A DNA stretch of 64,000 nt from Eledone cirrhosa (Eukaryota), in contig OZ024762.1 of NCBI GenBank assembly GCA_964016885.1, positions 16,740,001 to 16,804,000 on the forward strand, read 5' to 3'. A model generated the notes under the pieces. The model did no database searches and was not told the DNA's origin. It was given only the letters and a program-made list of their open reading frames with translations. This document shows positions 1 to 63,385 of the stretch, in pieces (the stretch's first letter is position 1; every line of letters begins with the position of its first letter). The translations under genes were made by a program, and so were the position numbers.

Positions 1-101
1 TATGTATATATATATATATACATACATATATGTATATATATATATATACATACATATATGTATATATATATATATACATACATATATGTATATATATATA
101 T

Positions 102-134
<33 letters not shown>

Positions 135-171
135 CATACATATATGTATATATATATATATATATACATAC

Positions 172-202
<31 letters not shown>

Positions 203-320
203 TACATATATGTGTGTGTATATATATATATATATATATACATACATACATATACATACATACATATGTGTATATATACATAAATATGTATGTATACACA
301 TATATATGTATGTATATATG

Positions 321-383
<63 letters not shown>

Positions 384-410
384 ATATACACACATATATA
401 TATATATAAA
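1..410. repeat. (TA/CA)n microsatellite
   Basis: Seen directly. Confidence 0.95.
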
Positions 411-707
411 ATATATGAAGAAACTGGAAGGTTTTTGGCAGTTGAGAGAGAAAGAAAAAGATGAATCACTCGGTCCATTGTCTAGAGTTGCTAGAAAGCT
501 CAAATCAGCCAAGATGAGTGGTGCAGTGGAAATGGGGGGTGGGGTTCGGGGGTGAGGCCTACTCACAGTTTGAATGATAGTCCCTCCGTCTCTGGTTATT
601 TCCTTGTTCTATTGAGAAACGAAAACCTTTGTTAAAGCTTTACGAAACTGGAAAAAAAATCGTTCCATGCTTGATTGTGTCAAGGTATTTTTTTAAATCT
701 TTTATTA

Positions 708-738
<31 letters not shown>

Positions 739-1510
739 GTTATTAGTGAAGAATATTTGAGGTTAGACAGACAGACTGACTGACTGACAGACCGACTGAT
801 GGACTGATGGACCAACTGGCTGGTAGGATTGTTGGCTCTTGGTACTTTGGACATTCCTGGAGTTTTAGTTATGTCATTCATTCTCTGAGAGAAAGAAAGA
901 GAGAGAGAGAGAGGGGGAGAGAGAGGGAGGGAGAAAGGAAGGGTAGAAAGAGTGAATGAGAGAGGGAAGGACAAATTGAGAGAAAGAGGGTAGCATGAGT
1001 GAAAGAGGGAGGGAGAGAAGATGCTTATTTTAACAGTATATAGTTTAAATCTTTAATGACATCCTCCCAATAAACAAAATGAAATCCTCCTTCAATTAGC
1101 TTATTATCTAACAATATCAACAACTAACGTTGGTTAATGGGGTCACATCACCTAGCAATATCAACAACTATGGTGTCGGTTGGTGGGGTCACATCACCTA
1201 ACAGTATCAACAACTCGCGTTGGTTAATGGAGTGGCATTGCTCAGATCGTTATTTAGCTTATTACCTATTTATTCAACATTTAATGGTCAACGACAGCGG
1301 AATTTATGGCGAAATAGCAAGTATTTGTTTTTAGACTTTGCAACAAATAGCAGAACGCAGACAGTGTGTCCAAACTTCGGGTCCAGCAAATGGTTTGGCT
1401 ACAATTAAACACAAGAGAGAGCATTGGCTATATTTTAAAATTTCCTCTTTCTTAAAACAGTTCAAATTCTGTGTCTTAATTATTTTTTTCTTTTTCACAG
1501 TCAAGTTAAG

Positions 1511-1740
1511 TTAACCCTTTAGCATTTACATTACTCTATATATATACTATTATATTTTCAGGGTAAAGACTTTATTTCATGGTTAGAATGTCTTAGGAGA
1601 GAATTGCTGGACAGTTGATATTATCTATTTTGAGGACAATACCTTATTGTAGGTATGAGTGACCAGTTACAGCCGGTTTGCACAGAAAGAAGTGAGAAAA
1701 TTCTGGCCGGATACAGCCGGTTTAAATGCTAAAGGGTTAA
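1511..1740. mobile_element. TTAA-flanked MITE (piggyBac-like ends)
   Basis: TIRs ttaaCCCTTTAGCATTTA ... TAAATGCTAAAGGGttaa. Confidence 0.8.
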
Positions 1741-2169
1741 GACAGAAGAAATAAAATTCCTAAGAGAATGGTGTGTGTGATTGCCATGTTTTTTTAAATA
1801 TATATAAAAGTGTTTTTGATGCCACATAAGCCAGGCTAACCATTCACTGCTTGTAATTGAAAATAAAGGAAATAATAAATAATGAAAGTAAAATTGAAAG
1901 TGATCTCAGCCAATGAAATTGAAGAAGCAACAACTGGAAAAGAGTGAAATTGCTGTGGAACATCGTACGTTAAACTTTGTAAGGCAGAAATACAACATCG
2001 AGAGCAAAGGAAATGACACAACACATACAAGGAAATATTTGTAAGATATCTCTATCTAAAGTCAGTGATTTAATTAAACTTATGATGAAAACTTCGACAT
2101 GAAAGCATAAAGAGCCAAATAAAAATAAATGAAGGAAGCAGCAACATATATTGGATTCTTAGATAATGA

Positions 2170-2530
2170 ATTTCTGATTTAGGCATAAGGCCAACAAATT
2201 TAGTGGGAGGGCAAAGTCGATTATAACAACCTCAGTACATTACTGGTACTTTATTTTATTGAGCCTGTAAGGATGAAAGGTAAAGCTAACCTCAGCGGGA
2301 TTTGAACACAGAACATAAAGGGAAGTAACTCTATGCTGCAAAGCAAGTTGTCCGGCGCTCTACCGATTCTGTCAATTCTTAAATAATACATTTCTGATTT
2401 AGGCACAAGGCCAACAACATTTGAGGGAAGGGAAAGTTGATTATATCAACCCCAGTGTATTACTGGTACTTTATATTATTGATTCCTTAAGGATGAAAGG
2501 CAAAGTTAACCTCAGTGAGGTTTGAACTCC
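2170..2530 (-). mobile_element. Two copies of a Nin/Deu-domain-like SINE
   Basis: ggcacaaggcc...actggtactttattt...aaggatgaaaggcaaagttaacctc...gatttgaac; recurs about 9 times in the window. Confidence 0.7.
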
Positions 2531-2682
2531 CAAGAATTTCTTTCTCATTTATAGACGTTATTAACACTTATCACCATCATCCCCATTTAGTTGAGCTTAC
2601 TTGGATTAAATTTACAAATACAACATCAAGGGAGTTTTGAAACTACGACATTCTGAGTGTAGAAAAGATTATTAACACTACT

Positions 2683-3445
2683 TAACTCTTTAGAATTTAT
2701 ATTACTCTATATTATTGTATTTTCACAGTAATCTGGAAAGATTTGAACTTAAAACCCTTTAGTATTTACTTTACTCTATATATACTATTGTATTTTCACA
2801 GTAAAGGCTTTACCTCACATAATATCTCACATAACATTTACATTACTCTATATATACTGTTGTATTTTCACAGTAAAGGCTTTACCTCACATAATATCTC
2901 ACATAACATTTACATTACTCTATATATACTATTGTATTGTCACAGTAAAGGCTTTACCTCACATAATATCTCATAACATTTACATTACTCTATATATACT
3001 ATTGTATTTTCACAGTAAAGGCTTTACCTCACATAATATCTTACATTACTCTCTATATACTATTGTATTCTCACAGAGAAGGCTTTACCTCACATAATAT
3101 CTCATAACATTTACATTACTCTATATATACTATTGTATTTTCACAGTAAAGGCTTTACCTCACATAATATCTTACATAATATTTACATTACTCTATATAT
3201 ACTATTGTATTTTCACAGTAAAGGCTTTACTTCACATAATATCTCACATAACATTTACATTACTCTCTATATACTATTGTATTCTCACAGAGAAGGCTTT
3301 ACCTCACATAATACTGAATCTTCGAGATTTTGATGTTATTTATTCTGAGAACAATACCTTAATGTTAGTATGAGCAGCCAGTTATGACCGGTTTGAATAG
3401 AAAGGGGTGAGAGAATTCTGGCTGGATACGGCCAGTTTAAAATAC
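2683..3445 (+). repeat. TTAA MITE with internal 72-bp tandem array
   Basis: catttacattactctatatatactattgtattttcacagtaaaggctttacctcacataatatctcacataa units followed by the MITE 3' body. Confidence 0.85.
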
Positions 3446-3593
3446 AAAGAGCCAACATAAATACCACAAAGTATTTTGTTTGATGCTCTCATGATTCTGA
3501 CAATCCACTACACTTATGATAATGATGATGATGATGATACTAGACTTTCATTAGATAACTTAACTGATGATAAATATGATAGTTAATGATCTC

Positions 3594-4072
3594 AGACCAA
3601 CTGAGGTAGCTATATATAAGACCAACTGAGGTAGCTATATATAAGACCAACTGTGGTAGCTATATATAAGACCATTTGAGCTAGCTATATATACAAGACC
3701 ATTTGAGCTAGCTATATATATAAGACTAACTGAGGTAGCTATATACAAGACCATTTGAGATCGCTATATATGATATAAGACCATTTGAGCTAGCTATATA
3801 TATAAGACCATTTGAGCTAGCTATATATATATAAGGACAACTGTGGTAGCTATATATATAAAAACAACTGTGGTAGCTATATATATAAGAACAACTGTGG
3901 TAGCTATATATAAGACCATTTGAGCTAGCTATATATATATAAGACCATTTGAGCTAGCTATATATATATATAAGGACAACTGTGGTAGCTATATATATAA
4001 GAACAACTGTGGTAGCTATATATAAGACCATTTGAGCTAGCTATATATATAAGACCATTTGAGCTAGCTATA
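3594..4072. repeat. ~25-bp minisatellite (taagaccatttgagctagctatata)
   Basis: Seen directly. Confidence 0.9.
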
Positions 4073-4499
4073 GAAGATATGACTAACTTTGATGATATTT
4101 TTATGCAGGAAGGTGCGGGTATTTATAATGTAAAATCTGAGAATAGACAGGACTCACTAAAGTCATTCTTAGTGTTGTCGAAGTTGTTTCATTTTTCTTG
4201 AACAACAAAGACAACGATGGACTAGAGGAGGAGGAGGAGGAGAAGAAAGGGGAGGAAGAGAAAGAGGAGAAGGAAGAGTCTGTTTGCATGTAAAACAAAC
4301 AAAATAGATTTTACAAAGGCAAATCAAGAATAATTCCAATAAAATCAATATGAAATCAATACGAAAAGAAAAGCGTTTGAAGCGAGGAAACGAAATAAAC
4401 TGGTGTGGAAAGAAAGAAAAGAATAAAATAAAAAGAGAGAATATTTTAGTTATTGTTTATTATCAATAGAAAGACAACAACTACAACAACAATACCAAG

Positions 4500-4835
4500 T
4501 GGTGACAGATGTGATACAACAGATGTGAATATAATGATGAATGGTGACAGATGTGATACAACAGATGTGAATATAGTGATGAGTGGTGACAGATGTGATA
4601 CAACAGATGTGAATATAGTGATGAGTGGTGACAGATGTGATACAACAGATGTGAATACAATGATGATTGGTGACAGATGTGATACAACAGATGTAAATAT
4701 AATGATGATTGGTGATAGATGTGATGCAATGATGAATTGTGACAAATGTGAATACAATGGTGAATGGTGACAGATGTCAACATAACTTCCATGACTGGTG
4801 ATAGATGTCAACATAACTTCCAGGACTGGTGACAT
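4500..4835. repeat. 42-bp minisatellite
   Basis: ggtgacagatgtgatacaacagatgtgaatatagtgatgagt units. Confidence 0.9.
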
Positions 4836-4875
4836 GAAATGGACCAATCTAATCTAGCTAGAATTGACAATGTTG

Positions 4876-4988
4876 TTACTGTTGTTGTTGTGTGGTCAGA
4901 TGGTCGTGGGAGACACTCTCACTGTATCCTGTGGTGTCTTCAGGATATGGACAAGAGGTTAACCACCTCTTAACATTGAGACAGGACC
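4876..4988 (-). CDS. Candidate alternative terminal exon (GSCLNVKRWLTSCPYPEDTTGYSESVSHDHLTTQQQQ*)
   Basis: cttcacag acceptor, phase 1 compatible with exon M, TAA stop, AATAAA on the minus strand at 4456-4461; no homology support. Confidence 0.25.
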
Positions 4989-4993
4989 CTGTG

Positions 4994-6815
4994 AAGCTGG
5001 TAATAGACCTAGGGATCAGTTGTGAAATGTAGATGACACAAAGCTGGTAATAGACCCAGGGGCCAGTTGTGAAATGTAGATAACACAAAGCTGGCAATAG
5101 ACCTAGGGACCAATTGTGAAATGTAGATAACACAAAGCTGGCAATAGACCTAGGGACCAGTTGTGAAATGTAGATAACACAAAGCTGGCAATAGACCTAG
5201 GGACCAATTGTGAAATGTAGATAACACAAAGCTGGCAATAGACCTAGGGACCAGTTGTGAAATGTAGATAACACAAAGCTGGCAATAGACCTAGGGACCA
5301 ATTGTGAAATGTAGATAACACAAAGCTGGCAATAGACCTAGGGACCAGTTGTGAAATGTAGATAACACAAAGCTGGCAATAGACCCAGGGACCAGTTGTG
5401 AAATGTAGATAACACAAAGCTGGCAATAGACCCAGGGACCAGTTGTGAAATGTAGATAACACAAAGCTGGCAATAGACCCAGGGGCCAGTTGGGAAATGT
5501 AGATAACACAAAGCTGGCAATAGACCCAGGGACCAGTTGTGAAATGTAGATAACACAAAGCTGGCAATAGACCCAGGGACCAGTTGTGAAATGTAGATAA
5601 CACAAAGCTGGCAATAGACCCAGGGACCAGTTGTGAAATGTAGATAACACAAAGCTGGCAATAGACCTAGGGACCAATTGTGAAATGTAGATAACACAAA
5701 GCTGGCAATAGACCTAGGGACCAGTTGTGAAATGTAGATAACACAAAGCTGGCAATAGACCCAGGGACCAGTTGTGAAATGTAGATAACACAAAGCTGGC
5801 AATAGACCCAGGGACCAGTTGTGAAATGTAGATGACACAAAGCTGGCAATAGACCCAGGGACCAGTTGTGAAATGTAGATGACACAAAGCTGGCAATAGA
5901 CCCAGGGACCAGTTGTGAAATGTAGATAACACAAAGCTGGCAATAGACCCAGGGACCAGTTGTGAAATGTAGATAACACAAAGCTGGCAATAGACCCAGG
6001 GACCAGTTGTGAAATGTAGATAACACAAAGCTGGCAATAGACCTAGGGACCAGTTGTGAAATGTAGATAACACAAAGCTGGCAATAGACCTAGGGACCAG
6101 TTGTGAAATGTAGATAACACAAAGCTGGCAATAGACCTAGGGACCAGTTGTGAAATGTAGATAACACAAAGCTGGCAATAGACCCAGGGACCAGTTGTGA
6201 AATGTAGATGACACAAAGCTGGCAATAGACCCAGGGACCAGTTGTGAAATGTAGATGACACAAAGCTGGCAATAGACCCAGGGACCAGTTGTGAAATGTA
6301 GATAACACAAAGCTGGCAATAGACCCAGGGACCAGTTGTGAAATGTAGATAACACAAAGCTGGCAATAGACCCAGGGACCAGTTGTGAAATGTAGATAAC
6401 ACAAAGCTGGCAATAGACCTAGGGACCAGTTGTGAAATGTAGATAACACAAAGCTGGCAATAGACCTAGGGACCAGTTGTGAAATGTAGATAACACAAAG
6501 CTGGCAATAGACCTAGGGACCAGTTGTGAAATGTAGATAACACAAAGCTGGCAATAGACCTAGGGACCAGTTGTGAAATGTAGATAACACAAAGCTGGCA
6601 ATAGACCTAGGGACCAGTTGTGAAATGTAGATAACACAAAGCTGGCAATAGACCCAGGGGCCAGTTGTGAAATGTAGATAACACAAAGCTGGCAATAGAC
6701 CCAGGGGCCAGTTGTGAAATGTAGATAACACAAAGCTGGCAATAGACCCAGGGACCAGTTGTGAAATGTAGATGACACAAAGCTGGTAATAGACCCAGGG
6801 GCTAGTTGTGAAATA
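4994..6815. repeat. 47-bp minisatellite, about 39 copies
   Basis: aagctggcaatagacccagggaccagttgtgaaatgtagataacaca units. Confidence 0.95.
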
Positions 6816-6919
6816 TAGACCCCCTCCTCTTCTCATCACTGAAGCTGGCCCAGGCCAGATGTGAAAGCTAGGCCTTCATCTATGGTGATGATAAGGACGA
6901 TGATGGTAATGATAATTAT

Positions 6920-7100
6920 TTCTACTTTTGGTACAAGGCCAGCAATTATCCCAGTGTATTACTGGTGCTTTATTTTATCGACTCCGTAAGGATGAAAGGC
7001 AAAGTTAACCTCGGCGGGATTTGAACTCATATCGTAAAGGGCCGTAACTCTTTGCTGCAAAGCATGGCGTCAGACACCTCTACCAATACTGGCAATCCAA
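6920..7100 (-). mobile_element. Nin/Deu-domain-like SINE
   Basis: Same family as 2170-2530. Confidence 0.7.
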
Positions 7101-7340
7101 ATAATGATGATACTAATGATCATGATGATGCTGGTGTGATGATGGTGATGATGATGATAATGACGATGATAACAATGATGATGATGGTGATGATGGCGAT
7201 AGTGATAATGATAATGGTGTTGATGATGATGGTGATAGTGATGATAATGATAATGGTGTTGATGATGATGATGGTGATGATAATGATGATAACGATGATA
7301 TCGATGATGATGATGGTGGTAATAATTCAGTTTAACTCAC

Positions 7341-55753
<48,413 letters not shown>

Positions 55754-56024
55754 CTGGAAAATAGAAGAGAAAGATATATATTTTATAGTTTCATTTATAT
55801 ATATATAATATAATAATTATATTTATACATAAGAATATATATAAGATAAGGGCAATATTATATGTTACCCGATTACCAGGAAGAAAGTAGCTCAAATGTT
55901 CAAGTGAATAGGAATATATTTGTTTTAACCTTTTTGGACTGAAATAGCCGTCGAAACGGCTTGAGCTCTGCCGTTGGGGTTAAATATTTTCCTATATATA
56001 TATATATATTTCCTATTTCATTTT

Positions 56025-56073
<49 letters not shown>

Positions 56074-56086
56074 CCTATTTCATTTT

Positions 56087-56139
<53 letters not shown>

Positions 56140-56317
56140 CCTATTTCATTATTGTTATTGTTATTATATCATGACTCATACACTGTTCATTTTCATGACA
56201 TTTGTACATTATTCTATGTACTATACATGCACCTTTGATGAGTTGTAGTGCACCTGAGCACTGTACACAGTAATTTCATTATTATTATTATATATATATA
56301 TATAAATGAAAGGTATA

Positions 56318-56352
<35 letters not shown>

Positions 56353-56924
56353 CACACACAATATATATATATTTGAGATGTTACAATAAATTTGAAAATT
56401 AACTTAGTTATTTGATTGGTTGTTAAAACTTGGCAGAATAAAAGCAAGTAGGGTTAGTGTGTATGTGTATGTGTGTGTATGTGTGTGTATGTGTGTATGT
56501 GTGTGTATATGTGTGTATATGTGTGTGTGTTGAAGAAATAGTTAAGAATCAACACACACACACACATAAATACATCAGTGTGTGTAAGCTGTGTGTGCGT
56601 GTGTATAAGGTGTGTGTGGAGGAAATAGTTAAGAGTCAACACATCTCACACACACACACACAAGTACATCAGTGTGTGTGTGTGTATGTGTGCATATAGG
56701 AGTAGAGATGGCTATACACTTAAGTGTCAAGATACACACACACACATGTATGTATGTGTGTGTGTATGTATGTATGTGAGTGTGTGTATATAGTTGTAGG
56801 GATGGGTATGCGGTTAAGAGTCAATATATATATATATATATGTGTGTGTGTGTATGTGTATATATATCATCATCATCATCATCATTTTACGTCTGCTCTT
56901 CCCTGCTTGCAAGGGTATATATAT

Positions 56925-57249
56925 ATTTTACGTCCCCTTTTTCCCTGCTTGCAAGGGTGGGACGGGAACTGATTCTGGCTTGATTTCTACAGCTGGATGC
57001 CCTTCCTAACACCAACCTCATTTACAGTGAGTGCTGGGTGCTTTTTTGCAGTGGCACCTCCACGACCACTTTACAGTGGAATGGTGGGGAGCCCAGTCCC
57101 TATCATCTCATTTCTACAGCTGAGTAAACTGGAACAATGTGAAATAAAGTGTCTTGCTCAAGGAAACAACACACATCACCCGGTCTGAGAATTGAACTCG
57201 CAACCTTTCGATTGCAAGGCCAATGCTCTAACCACTAAGCCATGTGACT

Positions 57250-57251
<2 letters not shown>
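56925..57251 (-). mobile_element. tRNA-derived SINE
   Basis: Reverse complement of the 49832-50160 family. Confidence 0.85.
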
Positions 57252-57318
<67 letters not shown>

Positions 57319-57828
57319 AGTGTGTATATATATATATATATATATATCTGTGTGTGTGTGTGTGTGTGTATAGGAATAGCTAGGTAGTTAAGTGTTTTTG
57401 AAACCACGTGGTTCTGGGGTTCACTCCCACTGCAGGATACCTTGTGGTAGTGTCTTCTACTATAGAGAGAGAGGGAGATAGATAGATAGAGATATGGGGG
57501 TGGGGGCAGGAGATAGATAGAGAGGGGGGAAACAGGAGATAGATAGATAGATAGAGAGGGGGGAGCAGGAGAGAGAGATAGTGTCTGTTATTTTTGTGTC
57601 TTTGTCCATGAGCCATAACTTAGCAGTTTCACACAATGAGATTGATAAAATAAATACCAGACTTGGAAAAAAACAAAATGAAACAAAATAACTATAAGTA
57701 CCGGCATCGATACAATCAACTTAATAAAATCCATGGAGGCAATGCTCCAGCATGGTCACAATCTAATACTTGAGATCAGTAAAAGTACAAAAAAAAAAAA
57801 AAAATTAAAAATATTTATGAAAAGATTG

Positions 57829-57895
<67 letters not shown>

Positions 57896-57906
57896 CATAT
57901 ATATAC

Positions 57907-57960
<54 letters not shown>

Positions 57961-58093
57961 ATAGATATGTGTGTGCCCGTATATATGTGTGTTGTGTGTG
58001 TGCATATATATGTGTGTGCATATATATGTGTGTGTGTGTGCATATATATATGTGTATGTGAGTGTGTGTATATATATATATATATTATACACT

Positions 58094-58138
<45 letters not shown>

Positions 58139-58314
58139 TCATCATCAATATATATATATATAAATATATGTGTATGTGTGTGTATGTGAGTGTGTATATA
58201 TATATATATATATATATAACCATAAAAAAATACTGGAATATTTTACATGGTGGCTTATAAAAATTGATTGATTTGGGTGGGATGTGGTGGTGAATATAGT
58301 AATATTGATCTTAC

Positions 58315-58404
58315 ACGGTGTTGAGCACAACCACAGACACTGAAAGATGTTTTTAAACAAGCAGTGAAGTTGTGTTGAGAGCTTTCTGCTGTAGTGTCGG
58401 CCAT
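58315..58404 (-). CDS. Candidate alternative first coding exon (MADTTAESSQHNFTACLKTSFSVCGCAQHR)
   Basis: acaATGg start, 30 open codons, phase-0 donor CGT|gtaaga compatible with exon A; unique sequence island among microsatellites; no homology support. Confidence 0.35.
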
Positions 58405-59468
58405 TGTTACACTAAAGTCCAGAAAATGTCTGCAGCTTTAGGCCTGGCTAATAATACCACTTATATATACATACAGACATATATAGACATATATAGACAT
58501 ATACATACATACATACAGGCAGACATAGACATATATACACAGACATATACATACATATATACACAGACATATACATACATACAGGCAGACATAGACATAT
58601 ATATATAGACATATACATACATACATACAGGCAGACATATATATATATACACAGACATATACATAGACATATATAGACATATACATATATACAGGCAGAC
58701 ACACATATATACAGACATATACATACATACAGACAGACATATATATACACAGACATGTACATATATATACATACAGACATATATAGACATATACATACAT
58801 ACATACATACAGACAGGCATATACATATATATACACACATACAAAGACATACATACACACACACATACATACACCGGTCTTATTTAAATAAAAAACTCCC
58901 CATTTAAACAAATGAAATCTGCAATGTGAACTAAAGAGAGGGGAGGGGGCAGAATCTCTCTCTCTCTCAAGTGATATAAAGAGAGAGGGGGTCAGAATCT
59001 CTCTCTGACACACACAGACACAAACATGTTACAAATACACACACACACATATATATACCTACCTACACACACACACATACATACCTATACACACATACAC
59101 AGACACATACACATATATACATACCTCTACACACACACCTATACACACACACATATACACACACACATATACACACACAACTTCCACACACAGCACTGCC
59201 TCCCCCCCCCCATCTGATATCTACTATTCCACCAGATCACAAACATCAAATATAAAAGTAAGTGTAAACTTCCTTGAGTAAAATTTCATCACATTGTCAT
59301 GAACTGAGGGGGGGGGGGGGGGTACTGCTGTAGAGCCGGTCTTAATATAGTACCACTACTATATATATACACACATATATACACACATATATACAAACAT
59401 ATATATATAGAAACAGACACACACATATATATACATACACACATATATATATACACACATATACACAT

Positions 59469-59511
<43 letters not shown>

Positions 59512-59630
59512 TATACATATATATATAGAAACAGACACACACATATATATACATACACACATATATATATATACACACACACATATATACATACACACAT
59601 ATATATATATATATACACACACACACATAT

Positions 59631-59675
<45 letters not shown>

Positions 59676-59818
59676 TATATACAAACACACACATATATAT
59701 ATATATATATAGAAACTGACACATATATATACACACACACATATATACACATACATACATATATATATACACACATATATACACATACATACATATATAT
59801 ATACACACATATATACAA

Positions 59819-59857
<39 letters not shown>

Positions 59858-60207
59858 TATATACAAACACACACATATATATATATACACACAAACTCAC
59901 ACATTAAGTATTTTTGAAGGGTTTTCTACTTGAAATTAGGGTTTGTAAAAAAAAACCAAAAAAAAAAACAATTCAAAAACCCCTCCAAAATAAAAGATCT
60001 AAGTTTGGCAGTAACTACATCATATACAAATGTTTCATATCCTCATATAAATACTGCAACATGCCTAACACTAACCTCTAACTCTCCTCCAGGGGTAACT
60101 AACACTTTCTCCATTCTATCCACTGGGACCATGGGGGTGGCTAGAGGCAGGAAACCTACATGCCAGAGACCTCCCTCAGATGGTGTAGGCTGCTAATATC
60201 TACTAAT

Positions 60208-62070
60208 CTAAAGTAGTCATGTAGGTGTCACGACATAAAGCATCCAGTCCACACTGTAAAGTGGTCATGTAGGTGTCACAACACAAAGCACTCAGTCCTC
60301 ATTGTAAAGTGGTCATGTAGGTGTCACGACACAAAGCACTCAGTCCTCATTGTAAAGTGGTCATGTAGGTGTCACGACATAAAGCACCCAGTCCTCATTG
60401 TAAAGTTGTCATGTAGGTGTCACGACATAAAGCACCCAGTCCACACTGTAGAGTGGTCATGTAGGTGTCACGACAAAAAGCACCCAGTCCACACTGTAGA
60501 GTGGTCATGTAGGTGTCACGACATAAAGCACCCAGTCCACACTGTAAAGTGGTCATGTAGGTGTCACGACAAAAAGCACCCAGTCCTCATTGTAAAGTTG
60601 TCATGTAGGTCTCACGACATAAAGCACCCAGTCCACACTGTAGAGTGGTCATGTAGGTGTCACGACATAAAGCACCCAGTCCACACTGTAGAGTGGTCAT
60701 GTAGGTGTCACGACATAAAGCACCCAGTCCACACTGTAAAGTGGTCATGTAGGTGTCACGACAAAAAGCACCCAGTCCTCATTGTAAAGTTGTCATGTAG
60801 GTCTCACGACATAAAGCACCCAGTCCACACTGTAGAGTGGTCATGTAGGTGTCACGACATAAAGCACCCAGTCCACACTGTAGAGTGGTCATGTAGGTGT
60901 CACGACATAAAGCACCCAGTCCTCACTGTAAAGTGGTCATGTAGGTGTCACGACATAAAGCACCCAGTCCTCACTGTAAAGTGGTCATGTAGGTGTCACG
61001 ACATAAAGCACCCAGTCCACACTGTAGAGTGGTCATGTAGGTGTCACGACATAAAGCACCCAGTCCACACTGTAGAGTGGTCATGTAGGTGTCACGACAT
61101 AAAGCACTCAGTCCTCATTGTAAAGTGGTCATGTAGGTGTCACGACATAAAGCACTCAGTCCTCATTGTAAAGTGGTCATGTAGGTGTCACGACATAAAG
61201 CACCCAGTCCACACTGTAGAGTGGTCATGTAGGTGTCACGACATAAAGCACCCAGTACTCACTGTAAAGTGGTTATGTAGGTGTCATGACAAAAAGCACC
61301 CAGTCCTCACTGTAAAGTGGTCATGTAGGTGTCATGACAAAAAGCACCCAGTCCTCACTGTAAAGTGGTCATGTAGGTGTCACGACATAAAGCACCCAGT
61401 CCACACTGTAGAGTGGTCATGTAGGTGTCACGACATAAAGCACCCAGTCCTCACTGTAAAGTGGTCATGTAGGTGTCACGACAAAGCACCCAGAACTCAC
61501 TGTAAAGTGGTCATGTAGGTGTCACGACAAAAAGCACCCAGTCCACACTGTAAAGTGGTCATGTAGGTGTCACGACAAAAAGCACCCAGTCCACACTGTA
61601 AAGTGGTCAGGTAGGTGTCACGACAAAAAGCACCCAGTCCACACTGTAAAGTGGTCAGGTAGGTGTCACAACATAAAGCACCCAGTCCACACTGTAAAGT
61701 GGTCATGTAGGTGTCACGACAAAAAGCACCCAGTCCACATTGTAAAGTGGTCATGTAGGTGTCACAACATAAAGCACCCAGTCCTCACTGTAAAGTGGTC
61801 ATGTAGGTGTCACGACATAAAGCACCCAGTCCACACTGTAAAGTGGTCATGTAGGTGTCATGACAAAAAACACCCAGTCCTCACAGTAAAGTGGTCATGT
61901 AGTTGTCATGACAAAAGGTGCCCAGTCCACAGTGTAAAATGGTTGCATGGGTGTCACAACAAAAAGCACCCAGTCACACTCTAAAGTGGTCATGTAGGTG
62001 TCATGACAAAAAGCACCCAGTCCTCACTGTAAATGAGGTTGGCATTAGTAAGGGCATTCAGCTGTAGGAA
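60208..62070 (+). repeat. 48-bp SINE-derived tandem array, about 38 copies
   Basis: cagtccacactgtaaagtggtcatgtaggtgtcacgacataaagcacc units ending in the SINE block aagggcattcagctgtag. Confidence 0.93.
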
Positions 62071-63385
62071 CCAAGTCAGAAATCAGTTCTGTATGAGCAA
62101 GACCTGGTTACCGGACCCAACATTGCCCACAACAGGACAGCTTGTCTAACCCATGTGAGTGTGGAAATATGGGCGCAAAACGATGATGATGAATTATCGC
62201 AATATCGAATCTATGAGATTTTGATATTTATTTTGAGAAGAACACCTTAACACAAGTGCCCAGTTATGACCAGTTTAAACAGAAAAAGGTGAGAGAATTC
62301 TGGCCGGATATGGCCGGTTTAAATGTTAAAGGATTAATGAAAGTTCTTGCGTAAAATTATGATGGATAAATATAAAGACTTTAACCTTTTTGTTACCATA
62401 TTTCTAATGAAAGACATTGCCAATGACTTTCAAATAATTTACAAAAGAATCAAGAATTTGGAGGGATTTAAAAACAAAAAATTTTCATTTTTAAGTCGCT
62501 GTTTTAAACATAAAAGAAGGGTTCTTAGATGAAAATATGGTGGAAAGTTTTTAGATAAATATAAATACTTTAAAATAAACAGCTTAGTGTCACAAAACCA
62601 CGGTTGGTTTCAGCCAGTTTCATATTGGGAGAGTTAATCTCTCTTCTACCATTCTTTGTCTAAGAAGAACAACAACAAATTTTGTAAAGGTTTCCACTTT
62701 TAAGATTAAATCTGTCTGTCTGTCTCAGAATTTTTCTTTCTTTCTCTCTCTGAATGTTATGTATATCTATATATATGTACATATATATATCTCTATATAC
62801 ATACATACATATATATCTCTATATACATACATACATATCTCTATATACATACACATATATCTCTATATACATATATATATACAGTATATCTATGTACATA
62901 CATACATATAAATATATATCTATATACATATATATATATATACATATATATATCTATATATCTATATACATACATACATACATATCTCTATATACATACA
63001 TACATATATATATCTATATACATACATACATATCTCTATATACATGCATACATATCTCTATATACATACATACATATCTCTATATACATACATACATATC
63101 TCTATATACATACATACATATCTCTATATACATACATATCTCTATATACATACATATCTCTATATACATACATACATATCTCTATATACATACATATCTC
63201 TATATACATACATATCTCTATATACATACATATCTCTATATACATACATACATATCTCTACATACATACATACATATTTCTATATACATACATACATATA
63301 TATCTCTATATACATACATACATACATATATATATATCTATATACATACATATATATATATCTATATACATACATATATATCTAT

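Noticed and set aside
705-974. ORF or exon with a strong pyrimidine tract at about 886
   Set aside because: The tract is a CT microsatellite, and phase-1 reading from exon M stops after 3 codons
4994-6815. Regular repeats resembling a CRISPR array
   Set aside because: Head-to-tail units with no unique spacers, no cas genes, eukaryotic intron
60406-61518. Cys/His-rich 16-aa repeat ORF resembling a metal-binding protein
   Set aside because: 48-bp SINE-derived tandem repeat with frame-breaking units
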